From a bacterium (GTDB lineage: Bacteria; Patescibacteriota; Gracilibacteria; UBA1369; GCA-2718715): DNA of 64,000 nt. Where the stretch lies: contig PBFJ01000014.1 of assembly GCA_002718715.1 (NCBI GenBank), positions 12,447 to 76,446 on the forward strand, written 5' to 3'. Below are positions 37,057 to 45,996 of this stretch, piece after piece. The notes under the pieces were generated by a model, which saw only the letters and a program-made list of their open reading frames with translations, was not told the DNA's origin and did no database searches. Position 1 is the first letter of the stretch; each line of letters begins with the position of its first letter. The translations under genes were made by a program, and so were the position numbers.

Positions 37057-37323
37057 ATGCCAATTATTAAATCTGCTAAAAAGAGAGTAAAACAAGCTTT
37101 AAAAAGAAAGCTTAATAACAATAGATTTAAAAGAAGATTACACGATTTACAAAAATCTTTCTACGATGCTATTAAAGCCAATGATATGAAAAAAGCTGAA
37201 GGTGAACTTTCAGGTGTTTATAAAATCATTGATACTTGCGCAAAGAAAAATATCTTACCAAACAACAGAGCTAACAGAATGAAATCTAAAGCTCAAAAAT
37301 CTGTAAGCCCTAAAGCTAAATAA
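37057..37323 (+). CDS. rpsT: 30S ribosomal protein S20
   Basis: MPIIKSAKKRVKQ...ID..AKKNILPNN.ANRMKS. Confidence 0.96.
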   Translation: MPIIKSAKKRVKQALKRKLNNNRFKRRLHDLQKSFYDAIKANDMKKAEGELSGVYKIIDTCAKKNILPNNRANRMKSKAQKSVSPKAK

Positions 37324-37326
37324 TTT

Positions 37327-37635
37327 ATGACTCAAGACAACAAATGTAAAGTTGTTTTTCGTAAAGATGGTGAAAAAATTCAACTTGACGACATAGATAC
37401 AGGAAAAACTCTACTTGAAATTGCAAATGAAAATGATGTTCAAATAGATCAAGCATGTGGTGGAAATGGTGTTTGTACAACTTGCATGGTAAAAGTAAAA
37501 TCGGGATCTGAGAACCTAAATGAAATGACAGAAAAAGAAGAAATGATGGGACTTGACCCAGAGCAACCAGAAGTAAGACTTGGATGCCAATGCATTGTAA
37601 ATGGTGGATGCTGTGATGCAGAAATTGCATTCTAA
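37327..37635 (+). CDS. 2Fe-2S ferredoxin
   Basis: ACGGNGVCTTC...RLGCQ. Confidence 0.93.
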   Translation: MTQDNKCKVVFRKDGEKIQLDDIDTGKTLLEIANENDVQIDQACGGNGVCTTCMVKVKSGSENLNEMTEKEEMMGLDPEQPEVRLGCQCIVNGGCCDAEIAF

Positions 37636-37646
37636 ATTAAAAACTT

Positions 37647-37674
37647 AAACTCTCTAAATCTAGAGAGTTTTTTT
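37647..37674 (+). terminator. Terminator after rpsT-ferredoxin
   Basis: AAACTCTCTA-AATC-TAGAGAGTTTTTTT. Confidence 0.85.
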
Positions 37675-37723
37675 GTTTTGTTTAGCTTTTAGTAGATTTA
37701 TTTTTTTAAAATGTTTTAATAAT

Positions 37724-37751
37724 TTGACAATTCCCAATGCCCTGTTATAAT
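37724..37751 (+). promoter_or_regulatory. Consensus sigma70 promoter with extended -10
   Basis: TTGACA-16 bp (ending TGT)-TATAAT. Confidence 0.85.
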
Positions 37752-37776
37752 TAAAACATATTATTAATAAAAACAA

Positions 37777-39150
37777 ATGAAAACCCTACAAAAATTTGCT
37801 ATGAGCCTTTCTTTAATGTCTGCTGCTTGTAGTGTAAATCCTAGGATTCAACTCCCTAGTGATTTAAGAGACTCACATAGTTTGATTGAATCAAAAAGTG
37901 ATCCGATTAATAAAGCTCTGCACTCAGTATATTCTGTTGCTTATTCGACCGTAAACGCGTTTACCTTAAGTTCCTTGATTAAAACTCACGAAGGATTTGA
38001 CACAACAAAACCTGGAGCTTATAGAATTGGAAATTCTGTTGTTTACTTTAAAGATATAGAAGATGGTTATAAACTTAGTATTGAAAACGAAGGTAAATCT
38101 GATCAAGAGGTAAATATAGAAGCAAATGAATTACTATCAACAATTTATGAGATTTACTATGCATCTTTTGGATTAAAAGTAATTGGACTTTCATTTGATG
38201 AAAATATGAAACCACAAATTAAAAAGTTAACTGGAGAAAATATTTCTAATAAAATTATAACAACTGGTGTGGAAGAAATAGAACTTACTACTTCAGAAAG
38301 TGTTAGCTTAAGGTATATAAGACAGTTCACAGGAAAAGTTTCACTACCAAATGCTACAGATTTACATACCGTAATTGATCCTTTATTTTTCCAAGAATTT
38401 TCAGCACCAAGCGTAACTGAAATTATTTTCTCTTTAACCCTACCTTTTGCAAGCCAAGTAAACTTAATTAACTTAAAAGATATAAGAGCTATATTGGTAC
38501 CTAAAATCCAAGAACTAAGACTTCCTAATCTAAAAAATGCAAAAAATATAGAGGCTTCAAGCGCAAAGTTAGTTGAAATCCCATCATTAGAAACTATGGA
38601 TGGCGTTTTAGATATTAGATCTTGTGAAGAATTAACAATAAATGAAAAAATTGAAAAAACTTTTACTAATATATGGAAAATTGGATTTGCAGTAAAAAGA
38701 GTTGGGGACTTTCCTAATTTTCCAAAAGTAATTCTTGGTCCGGAGAATTTTGAAACTTTGAAATCTAAATTCAATTTAGATGAAAAATTTATCTATCCTT
38801 ATGCAAGTAGGACTAACTCGAATCAAAAAATTGCAAGATTTGAATCTCATGATCCTCTAAAAGAAATTGAGTCTATTAATATAGGATCTTCAGATTACCC
38901 TTACGAAGGTTCAAGCATTGAATTGGAGCAGATCATAAAAGAATTAAGTCAAAATGACTTACCTGAAGGAAAAACTATCAAAGTCTTTATTTCAAGAAAT
39001 AACTTTGACTCAGTAACAAATATTTTTAGAAATGAAATTGAAAAGCTACCTGATCATAATCATCTTAAAACTGTAAAAATTATTATTAACGGAATAGAAT
39101 ACATCTTCAACAAGGATGAAAAAAGAAGATACTTTGAGATGATAAAATAA
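37777..39150 (+). CDS. Putative lipoprotein with LRR/L-domain-like repeats
   Basis: SAACS lipobox-like; LRLPNLKNAKNIEAS..VEIPSLETMDGVLDI. Confidence 0.65.
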   Translation: MKTLQKFAMSLSLMSAACSVNPRIQLPSDLRDSHSLIESKSDPINKALHSVYSVAYSTVNAFTLSSLIKTHEGFDTTKPGAYRIGNSVVYFKDIEDGYKLSIENEGKSDQEVNIEANELLSTIYEIYYASFGLKVIGLSFDENMKPQIKKLTGENISNKIITTGVEEIELTTSESVSLRYIRQFTGKVSLPNATDLHTVIDPLFFQEFSAPSVTEIIFSLTLPFASQVNLINLKDIRAILVPKIQELRLPNLKNAKNIEASSAKLVEIPSLETMDGVLDIRSCEELTINEKIEKTFTNIWKIGFAVKRVGDFPNFPKVILGPENFETLKSKFNLDEKFIYPYASRTNSNQKIARFESHDPLKEIESINIGSSDYPYEGSSIELEQIIKELSQNDLPEGKTIKVFISRNNFDSVTNIFRNEIEKLPDHNHLKTVKIIINGIEYIFNKDEKRRYFEMIK

Positions 39151-39156
39151 ATAAAT

Positions 39157-39188
39157 AAAAAACTCTCCTTACTTGGAGAGTTTTTTTT
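39157..39188. terminator. Bidirectional terminator
   Basis: AAAAAACTCTCC-TTACTT-GGAGAGTTTTTTTT. Confidence 0.85.
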
Positions 39189-39192
39189 AGGT

Positions 39193-40251
39193 CTATCTTT
39201 TTAACTTATTTATATCATCACCACAAAAAATATTTATTTTATATTCATCCTCTATTGTATCGGGATTAACAATTCCAACGAAGCATGTACTTTTTTCTGC
39301 AATTTTTAATAGTTCTCTTAACTTTGCTTCAGTATCTAGACTTGATTTTGAAACCAGCATAAATCCACTATTTGGAAGGGATAAAAATTCAGCTCTTAAT
39401 TCCTCAATTTCTTTCTGACTACCTCCATTCAAGTGTGCATACATAGGATTAATAAAACTTTCATAGGAATGGATTTCAAAACCAGCTGACTCTAAATTAA
39501 TTATGAAATCCTCTAATGGATCAATCCCGTATGAATCTAATTCTAAATCTAGCTGTTTGCAAGTTTGAGCAGAAGTTTCAGAAGTGATTTGATTTACATC
39601 TGAATGATCGATAGGATTTACAACTTCTGAAATATCAACTGCAATAGCGATTAATCTTTGATTATCAGAATCATTAAATACAATAGGTGTATATTTTGTC
39701 TGAGTAAGAATATCCTTTAGTAAAGTTTCTAAGTTTGGATATCTCACGATTTTTTTATAAACCTCAAAATAAAATGAATTTATCGTAAACTGTGAGTCAA
39801 TTTGAAAATTATCTGTATCACCTACGTATATTTTTTGCCTCTCAAAGTGATAATGAAGATCATCTTCATCAATTAAACAAGGATTTGAATTCTTTAAAGA
39901 TAAGAACTCAGATTTGTTAAGTGCAATATAAAATGTCTTTTGATCTGTATTTATTTCAAGACTAACATAGCCTAATTCTTTGTAAATAGCTTGAAGGTAA
40001 TCTTTATCAAGTTTTGAGTAATTTGAACTTGTGAAAACAAAAGATGCTTTTGAAGTTTCTGATGCAATTTGTAATTTTCTAATCTGACTTATCTCTAAAC
40101 CATTCTCTCTTAATTTATAAAACAATTGATCTGATTTAGATTTAATTCTTTGTTCTAAAACTGAAGGCTTAGTATTGTTTTGATTTGCACTTGTACACGC
40201 ATTTGCAAGTAAAAAACTTGCCCCTAGAGTTATATTTTTTAGTAATTTCAT
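39193..40251 (-). CDS. Hypothetical lipoprotein
   Basis: LANACTS lipobox-like. Confidence 0.65.
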   Translation of the reverse strand: MKLLKNITLGASFLLANACTSANQNNTKPSVLEQRIKSKSDQLFYKLRENGLEISQIRKLQIASETSKASFVFTSSNYSKLDKDYLQAIYKELGYVSLEINTDQKTFYIALNKSEFLSLKNSNPCLIDEDDLHYHFERQKIYVGDTDNFQIDSQFTINSFYFEVYKKIVRYPNLETLLKDILTQTKYTPIVFNDSDNQRLIAIAVDISEVVNPIDHSDVNQITSETSAQTCKQLDLELDSYGIDPLEDFIINLESAGFEIHSYESFINPMYAHLNGGSQKEIEELRAEFLSLPNSGFMLVSKSSLDTEAKLRELLKIAEKSTCFVGIVNPDTIEDEYKINIFCGDDINKLKR

Positions 40252-40353
40252 ATTTTTTGTTTTTAAATTTTATTTAATTTACTTAATTTTCAACCTTAAA
40301 AAAACTTTTATTTGAATTTAGTTTTATAGGTTTGTAGATTTTAAGAAGTTGTT

Positions 40354-40713
40354 TTATTTTCTAAACTTTTTAGGTGATCGTTTTGCAGATCCTAATTTAA
40401 TAATTATTTTTCTTTTTACCTTAGGTCCGGTATCAATATCACCTACCCCAACCAATTTTGTTGATTTTTGGTAATCATGGTCGACTAAATGATCGATATT
40501 AGATTTTGGATCTTCAATTAATTCAGTTTCTGCATTGGCACCTGTTTTTTTTGGAGCTGGTATTTGATTTGTATCTAAAACTTCGTTCGTTGCATGATTA
40601 ATAGATTTAATTAAAACTGAAAGTTTGCTTTGTTCATTATTTGTCTCGTTTGCATAAACTGTATTTGAGAATAACGATAGACACATTAGAGTATTTAATA
40701 TTTTTTTATTCAT
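40354..40713 (-). CDS. Hypothetical secreted protein
   Basis: Signal peptide ending VYA; own promoter TTGACA-16-TAAAAT (40736-40763). Confidence 0.65.
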   Translation of the reverse strand: MNKKILNTLMCLSLFSNTVYANETNNEQSKLSVLIKSINHATNEVLDTNQIPAPKKTGANAETELIEDPKSNIDHLVDHDYQKSTKLVGVGDIDTGPKVKRKIIIKLGSAKRSPKKFRK

Positions 40714-40891
40714 GATATTTTATTTTACTACGCCTATTTTACACATTTGTTAAATTTTGTCAAGCAAATGACGTACGAAGATAGTAATTAATATATCAAA
40801 AAGCATAAAAATAAGATTTGTTTGCTGTTGATACAAATATAATTAATGACTTAGATGTGTACTTTACGGAATTTTATATGATTTCTTTTGT

Positions 40892-40917
40892 AAAAAATAA
40901 AAGTATAAACTTTTATT
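40892..40917 (-). terminator. AU-rich hairpin plus U tract directly after the mini-RNA CCA
   Basis: AAUAAAAGU-UUAU-ACUUUUAUU-UUUU on the minus strand. Confidence 0.55.
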
Positions 40918-40966
40918 TGGTGGACCGCGGTGGATTACCCCACACACAGCAAGCTGTAAACGGCCC
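40918..40966 (-). ncRNA. 49-nt tRNA-like mini RNA with an alanine acceptor identity (G1:C72, G2:C71, G3:U70, A73, CCA)
   Basis: GGGCCGU-U-UACAG(CUUG)CUGUG-U-GUGGG(GUAA)UCCAC-C-GCGGUCC-ACCA; GC-rich island in an AT-rich intergenic region. Confidence 0.6.
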
Positions 40967-40981
40967 ATTTAATGTAAAATC

Positions 40982-41009
40982 ATTTTATCAAACTTTGTCT
41001 TGATTGCAA
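40982..41009 (-). promoter_or_regulatory. Promoter of the mini RNA
   Basis: TTGCAA-16 bp (ending TGA)-TAAAAT, ending 15 nt upstream of G1. Confidence 0.65.
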
Positions 41010-41011
41010 GT

Positions 41012-41518
41012 TTACCACCAAACATCTTTAATTTTTAGCTTATAGCTAATATAGTTTGTAGCAAAATGTAAAAAAGGAGTTATTATTAAAATCAATAATG
41101 TTTCAAAAAGTGGCAGTTTATAAAATGGTAACGTACAAATAATTGCTCCTAGTATTAAATCAATTTGGTCGAATGGAAACCAGGGTTGTCCAGACTGAAT
41201 CCCCTTTTTTCTTTTAAAATATGATTTTAATGCATCTCCTCCAAGGGCACCTAAAGTCATTAGAAATGATAAGATAAATATATTTTCCTGGCTATAATTA
41301 ATTAAATTAAAGTTTTCTATCAAATAGATTTTTTGAAGATAGACTGTAAGTAAAGCAGCTAAGTATCCAAAAATTAGGCCACGATAAGTTTTGTTTTTTC
41401 CTAGTTTTCTTTCGTTTAGAGATTTATCAAATGGAAGATTAAGCTTCTTTGCTAGTACTGGAGCCATATTTGCAATGTATGCTGGAAGAAAAAAATAAAA
41501 TGTTTGAAGTAATAACAT
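41012..41518 (-). CDS. CDP-archaeol synthase (CarS/DUF46) family cytidylyltransferase
   Basis: PAYIANMAPV, LGKNKTYRG, GD..KSYFKR..G...G.PWFPFDQID. Confidence 0.88.
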   Translation of the reverse strand: MLLLQTFYFFLPAYIANMAPVLAKKLNLPFDKSLNERKLGKNKTYRGLIFGYLAALLTVYLQKIYLIENFNLINYSQENIFILSFLMTLGALGGDALKSYFKRKKGIQSGQPWFPFDQIDLILGAIICTLPFYKLPLFETLLILIITPFLHFATNYISYKLKIKDVWW

Positions 41519-41659
41519 TGTAATTTGTTAATTTTTTAAATTATACCAAAATTAAGAGCCTTAAAAAACTTGTGCCTTTTCAAATTGTGATATTTGTTTT
41601 GAAATATAATTGCGTTATGGCAAATCTAGTATATAATCAATATGATTTAAATTTTAAAA

Positions 41660-41824
41660 ATGAAACAAAAAGGATTAAATCTTGGAGATAAAACTTTTGT
41701 TGTAGGTGCAAAAGCATTATTTGCTCTAAATATTGCTGGTGCTATTGTTGTAACTGAAATTGAAGATAAAATAAATACAGCAAGAAAGACTTACAATAGC
41801 TTTAAAAAATCCATGGCTAAATAA
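41660..41824 (+). CDS. Small hypothetical protein (54 aa), below the ORF-track cutoff
   Basis: MKQKGLNLGDKTFVVGAKALFALNIAGAIVVTEIEDKINTARKTYNSFKKSMAK; promoter TTGCGT-16-TATAAT at 41610-41637; 3' end overlaps the Nudix gene. Confidence 0.5.
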   Translation: MKQKGLNLGDKTFVVGAKALFALNIAGAIVVTEIEDKINTARKTYNSFKKSMAK

Positions 41825-42318
41825 GCTGATTCCAAATGAGTAAGCTGACCTTTAAATAAATGGGCTCTAAAATCTTTGATATTAAGTAAATCAATTTCTA
41901 AAAATTCAGATTCATCAAGACTAGGCTCCTGATTTTTTGTGGCGTTTTTAGCTACAAATATGTGTCTTTTGATAGTTGAATAAGAATCAGGAAATATAGT
42001 TTGAACGTATATTAAATCCCCCTTAAACCCTGTCTCTTCTAAAAGTTCTCTTTCTGCAGCTTGTAAAGGTGTTTCACCTTCATCTACAAATCCACCAGGG
42101 AGTTCGGTCATTAGTTTTTTAGGCCCTACTCTATATTGAGTAACACAAACTACTTTGTTGTCATTTGTTAAAGGTAGTATTATGACAACCTCTCCCCCTT
42201 TATGAACCTCAAAAGACTTTTGGATGCCATTTGGCATCACAAAAAATTGCTTTACCACATTTAGATACTTTGAAGGATAAACGTTTTCTTCGGATAAAAA
42301 TTTAAAATCTAAATTCAT
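41791..42318 (-). CDS. Nudix hydrolase, ADP-ribose pyrophosphatase-like
   Basis: QYR, ELPGGFVDEGETPLQAAERELLEETG. Confidence 0.92.
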   Translation of the reverse strand: MNLDFKFLSEENVYPSKYLNVVKQFFVMPNGIQKSFEVHKGGEVVIILPLTNDNKVVCVTQYRVGPKKLMTELPGGFVDEGETPLQAAERELLEETGFKGDLIYVQTIFPDSYSTIKRHIFVAKNATKNQEPSLDESEFLEIDLLNIKDFRAHLFKGQLTHLESAYLAMDFLKLL

Positions 42319-42347
42319 AATTAAAATTACATTTAACTTAAAATAAC

Positions 42348-43310
42348 ATGAAGACTAAATCAATTCTAGCTTTAAGTCTTGCTTTAAATGCCTGTAGTTC
42401 TAGACCTGATAATATTGTGACCACAAACTCTGTAGAGCAGGTAAGAGAGATACAAAGATCATTGAAATTTTCAGCGTTTGTAAATATAGAAACTAGAGAA
42501 GAGTGTAATCGAATGCCTGTTTTTTTAATTGATTTTTTAAATCAAAATAATGTAATAATCAAGCATGATTTTGAAAGATTAAGAAATAGGCCACCTAATA
42601 TGGATTCAGATTCCTCTTTGGAAAGACAGTTAATATCATATAATAACGGGAGCCTTTCATTTCCTCCTTATATTTACCTTACAGATCAAACAGAGTGTCT
42701 GGATGAAGTTTTAAATTTTTATATATCTAGACAAAATTTTAAAACAAGAGATTTTGAGAAAAGACTAGTTTTGGATTCGCAAGGTAGTTTTAATGAAATT
42801 CATAGATTTGATCAACTTGCAATAGATCATGTTTCTTTCTTACTGAGTACTATAGATTTGGTAGCAGAACGCGGAAAAGTTGACGACTCAGAATTACCAC
42901 AAGAAACTATTTTTGATTTTTTAAACTACCTTGAAAATATCTATATGATTTTACATAAGCTTCAGATAAATTCTGAAGATTTAATAATGGAAATTAACAA
43001 TCATAACTATAGTTCTGAATTAAGTATTTTATCTTCGAGTTTGTATAATTTAAATGATTTGATTACTTTGCTTTTAGAGCAAGGTGAAAGTCAAGAAGTG
43101 ATAAATGAGTTTGCCATAGCAACAAGTAGATTTGAATCAGAATTTAGATATTCTTTAGCTTCCAGCTCTTTTTATTATGTCGTGAAAAGTGCTATGAAAT
43201 TTTTGATAAACCCAGCAAGCTTAAACCTTAATGACTTTAGATTTGGATTTGATCCAAAAGTAATTAATTACATTAGAACAAGGTACCAAGATTTTCAAGA
43301 GCTCCCATAA
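42348..43310 (+). CDS. Hypothetical lipoprotein
   Basis: LNACSS lipobox-like. Confidence 0.65.
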   Translation: MKTKSILALSLALNACSSRPDNIVTTNSVEQVREIQRSLKFSAFVNIETREECNRMPVFLIDFLNQNNVIIKHDFERLRNRPPNMDSDSSLERQLISYNNGSLSFPPYIYLTDQTECLDEVLNFYISRQNFKTRDFEKRLVLDSQGSFNEIHRFDQLAIDHVSFLLSTIDLVAERGKVDDSELPQETIFDFLNYLENIYMILHKLQINSEDLIMEINNHNYSSELSILSSSLYNLNDLITLLLEQGESQEVINEFAIATSRFESEFRYSLASSSFYYVVKSAMKFLINPASLNLNDFRFGFDPKVINYIRTRYQDFQELP

Positions 43311-43354
43311 ACTTGAATTTTCTATATAATACTTTAAAATTAGGCTAATATTTA

Positions 43355-44287
43355 ATGAAAATAAACATGTATATTATTGGACATAAGAACCCTGACACTG
43401 ATGCAATTGTTTGCGCTTTAATTGCCGCTGATTATTTTACTCAGCTTGGAATGGAAGTTACTCCAATCAGGCTTGGTGAATTAAATAAAGAAACTGAATT
43501 TATTCTAAAACACCTAGGAATTCAAGCGCCTGAATTAAAAACTGAACTTGAACAAGATGCTAAAATTTGTTTAGTGGATCACAATGAAAAATCTCAATCC
43601 ATTGATGAATTAGAAAAGTATCAAATTGAATGGATCATTGATCATCATAAATTTAGCTTAAATACTGCTACCCCTTTAAATATTAGAGCTGAAAGTTTAG
43701 CTAGTACAGCGTCTGTTTTGTATAAAATGTATATTGAGAATGATTTAGAAATTTCTAAAAAAATTGCAAAATTAATGATCTGTGGAATTTTATCAGATAC
43801 CTTATATTTCAGATCACCAACAACAACTACTATTGATAAACAAATTGCCTTAGCTTTAAATGAAATTGCTGGATTTGAAGACTTGGAAGCTTTTTCACTT
43901 CAAATGTTTGATGCAAAAAGTGATTTAAGTGATTTTTCAGCTCGAGAAATTGTAACACTTGACTATAAACCATTTGAATTCAATGGAAAGAAAGTAAATA
44001 TTGGTGTAATGGAAACAACTAACCCAAAGTTTGCACTTGATATTAAATCGGATATTTTAGAGGCAATGAAACAAGAAAAACTTGAGCAAGGATTGGATGG
44101 AATTTTGTTTGTAGCTGTAGATATTCTAAATGAAAAAGGTACTGCTTTTACCTTAGATGAATTTGAAATTAATATGATTGAATCTGCATTTGATTCTAAA
44201 AAACTAGAGGATAATTTATTTGATATTGGAAGTGTTGTTTCTAGAAAGAAACAAATTGTACCAAAACTTGAAAGTTACTTTGCATAA
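43355..44287 (+). CDS. ppaC: Manganese-dependent inorganic pyrophosphatase (family II, DHH)
   Basis: GHKNPDTDA, LVDHNE, IIDHH, GILSDTL.FRSPTTT, VVSRKKQIVP; start 43355 or 43367. Confidence 0.96.
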   Translation: MKINMYIIGHKNPDTDAIVCALIAADYFTQLGMEVTPIRLGELNKETEFILKHLGIQAPELKTELEQDAKICLVDHNEKSQSIDELEKYQIEWIIDHHKFSLNTATPLNIRAESLASTASVLYKMYIENDLEISKKIAKLMICGILSDTLYFRSPTTTTIDKQIALALNEIAGFEDLEAFSLQMFDAKSDLSDFSAREIVTLDYKPFEFNGKKVNIGVMETTNPKFALDIKSDILEAMKQEKLEQGLDGILFVAVDILNEKGTAFTLDEFEINMIESAFDSKKLEDNLFDIGSVVSRKKQIVPKLESYFA

Positions 44288-44295
44288 TTTATTTT

Positions 44296-44321
44296 AAAAA
44301 CCTCCAGCAGGAGGTTTTTTT
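44296..44321. terminator. Bidirectional terminator
   Basis: AAAAACCTCC-AGCA-GGAGGTTTTTTT. Confidence 0.85.
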
Positions 44322-44322
44322 A

Positions 44323-45210
44323 TTATCTTGATTTTTTGGCTTGCTTTTTAGCGGCTTTCTTTTTAGCTCTTTGGGCTCTTCTTTTTTCAGCTCTGGTGTT
44401 TTTTGGTTTTGTTTTTTTATCGTAAATATCTTGGATTTCAACCCATTGTCCGTATTCGTGAAAATATCTCATGCTGTAAACTTTTACGTCGTAATCATTT
44501 GAAAGAATCATTGGTTTATCTCCGCATAGGTTATAGGAATTTATTAATTCCTTACATTTTGAGACTCTAGCTCTTTCTAGTTCAGACTCCAATTGATCAT
44601 CAGCGATAAATATATCTCTTACTTTATACATAAATTCCTCAAATGATACCTTTGAATCTTCTGAAAGAATACTATGGAAAGTTCTATTGAAAATATTTAC
44701 ATATTCGCTTATGAAATTTTCCTTGAAATTACGTGAGATTCTATTAATCTCTTTATTCATTTGATCAAAGTTAAAAGTGGAAATATCAAATTTAACTTCT
44801 TCTTTAGTTATTTGTGGGTATTCTTCAATAGTTGCATAATATATTTCCTCTACCGTTTCTGCAATATTACTTGTGTGTCCTTGGATTTTTGTAGAGACAG
44901 AAACTTGATGAAGAGTATCTACAAAACCTTTTCCTGTAAACATTTTCGCGAAATTCTCAGATAAAATTTCTTCAAATAAAACTTGTAGAATTACGTAAGA
45001 AATAAAATTAGTCCCATAATCATCTTCTACTGAATATGCTAAACTTGAAAATAACTCTTGTTGAATATGAGTACTAATACCATCATATACAGTTTCATAC
45101 ATTAGTTTATCGTCAGTATAAAGAGTTGAAATTTCTGGTAGTAGCTCAAAAGTTAGCTCTTTGTCTTTTTCGTCTAATTGTTCAGACCATGGTATTAATA
45201 ATTCTTGCAT
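44323..45210 (-). CDS. Hypothetical protein, paralog of 45265-45879, with a basic C-terminal tail
   Basis: Shares YG.NF.SYV.L.VL and YI..F...F..LL...SK..F..F with its neighbour; start inferred from promoter TTGACA-16-TAGGTT (45236-45263). Confidence 0.7.
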   Translation of the reverse strand: MQELLIPWSEQLDEKDKELTFELLPEISTLYTDDKLMYETVYDGISTHIQQELFSSLAYSVEDDYGTNFISYVILQVLFEEILSENFAKMFTGKGFVDTLHQVSVSTKIQGHTSNIAETVEEIYYATIEEYPQITKEEVKFDISTFNFDQMNKEINRISRNFKENFISEYVNIFNRTFHSILSEDSKVSFEEFMYKVRDIFIADDQLESELERARVSKCKELINSYNLCGDKPMILSNDYDVKVYSMRYFHEYGQWVEIQDIYDKKTKPKNTRAEKRRAQRAKKKAAKKQAKKSR

Positions 45211-45264
45211 ATTTGTATTGTTAAATATCATATGCAACCTAGCATTTATTTACATTGTGTCAAG

Positions 45265-45879
45265 TTATTTTATCGCACTAGATTCTTTTGTAATTTCAAT
45301 AAACTGATTAAAGTCTGATTTAGAGGAATGACTAAGTAATGCGTAAAAAATTTTTGTGAAAACTTCTATATATTGACTTATATAAGCTTGTTTCAGAGCA
45401 AATGGTATATTTAGGGTATAAGCATTAATTTGGCTTAAATTACATTTGTTAATTTGGATTGGATGTATGAAATCTACAGTTATTGCGGGATCAATAGATA
45501 TATAATAATTATACCTTTGAGAAATTAAAGAAGTTAAATCTTCTGAAAAACCTTGATTTTGAATTGCATCTGTTAAAAGCTGGAGAGAATCTACAAAATT
45601 GTTTGTATTTAACATCACAGGAAGAGATCTTAATAAAATATCGTTTGTTAAAACCTCTAAACATACATAAGATAAAAAGTTTGCACCATAAACGTATTCA
45701 AATGTATTAGCAATTTTTTTGTATACTTTGATAGAAATTGATGAAACAATCTTTTCTGCAATTGATCTTAAAATTTCTTGAGACTTTTGATCTGATGCAT
45801 CTAGGCTAATTAAGTTCTCATTAATTTTAAATTCTTTATTTTGAAACTCTTCAGGAAGATTTTGTGACCAAAGATTCAT
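45265..45879 (-). CDS. Hypothetical protein, paralog of 44323-45210
   Basis: Motifs shared with the neighbour; own promoter TTGACA-16-TAATTT. Confidence 0.7.
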   Translation of the reverse strand: MNLWSQNLPEEFQNKEFKINENLISLDASDQKSQEILRSIAEKIVSSISIKVYKKIANTFEYVYGANFLSYVCLEVLTNDILLRSLPVMLNTNNFVDSLQLLTDAIQNQGFSEDLTSLISQRYNYYISIDPAITVDFIHPIQINKCNLSQINAYTLNIPFALKQAYISQYIEVFTKIFYALLSHSSKSDFNQFIEITKESSAIK

Positions 45880-45996
45880 TTTTGATATATGTTAAATTTT
45901 ATATAAATTAGCAATTTTTTTTTACCTGTCAAATTCTTTTGTGTTTTTCGTGGTTTTGTTTATAATAAAATTGTCTATTAAAAATAATATAATAAT

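Noticed and set aside
36937..37095. Long N-terminal extension of the YtxH ORF
   Set aside because: It overlaps rpsT and the divergent promoter region; the family motif starts at ATG 36936.
33493..38774. Long antisense ORFs (33493-34116, 38157-38774 and similar)
   Set aside because: They lie opposite well-supported genes and have no recognisable motifs.
40918..40966. Canonical tRNA-Ala or tmRNA
   Set aside because: Only 49 nt between the acceptor strands: no D-arm, no canonical T-loop, no tag reading frame; the order of the strands does not fit a permuted two-piece tmRNA.
40818..41003. 61-aa plus-strand ORF
   Set aside because: TTG start, no recognisable product; the GC-rich part is better explained by the structured RNA on the opposite strand.
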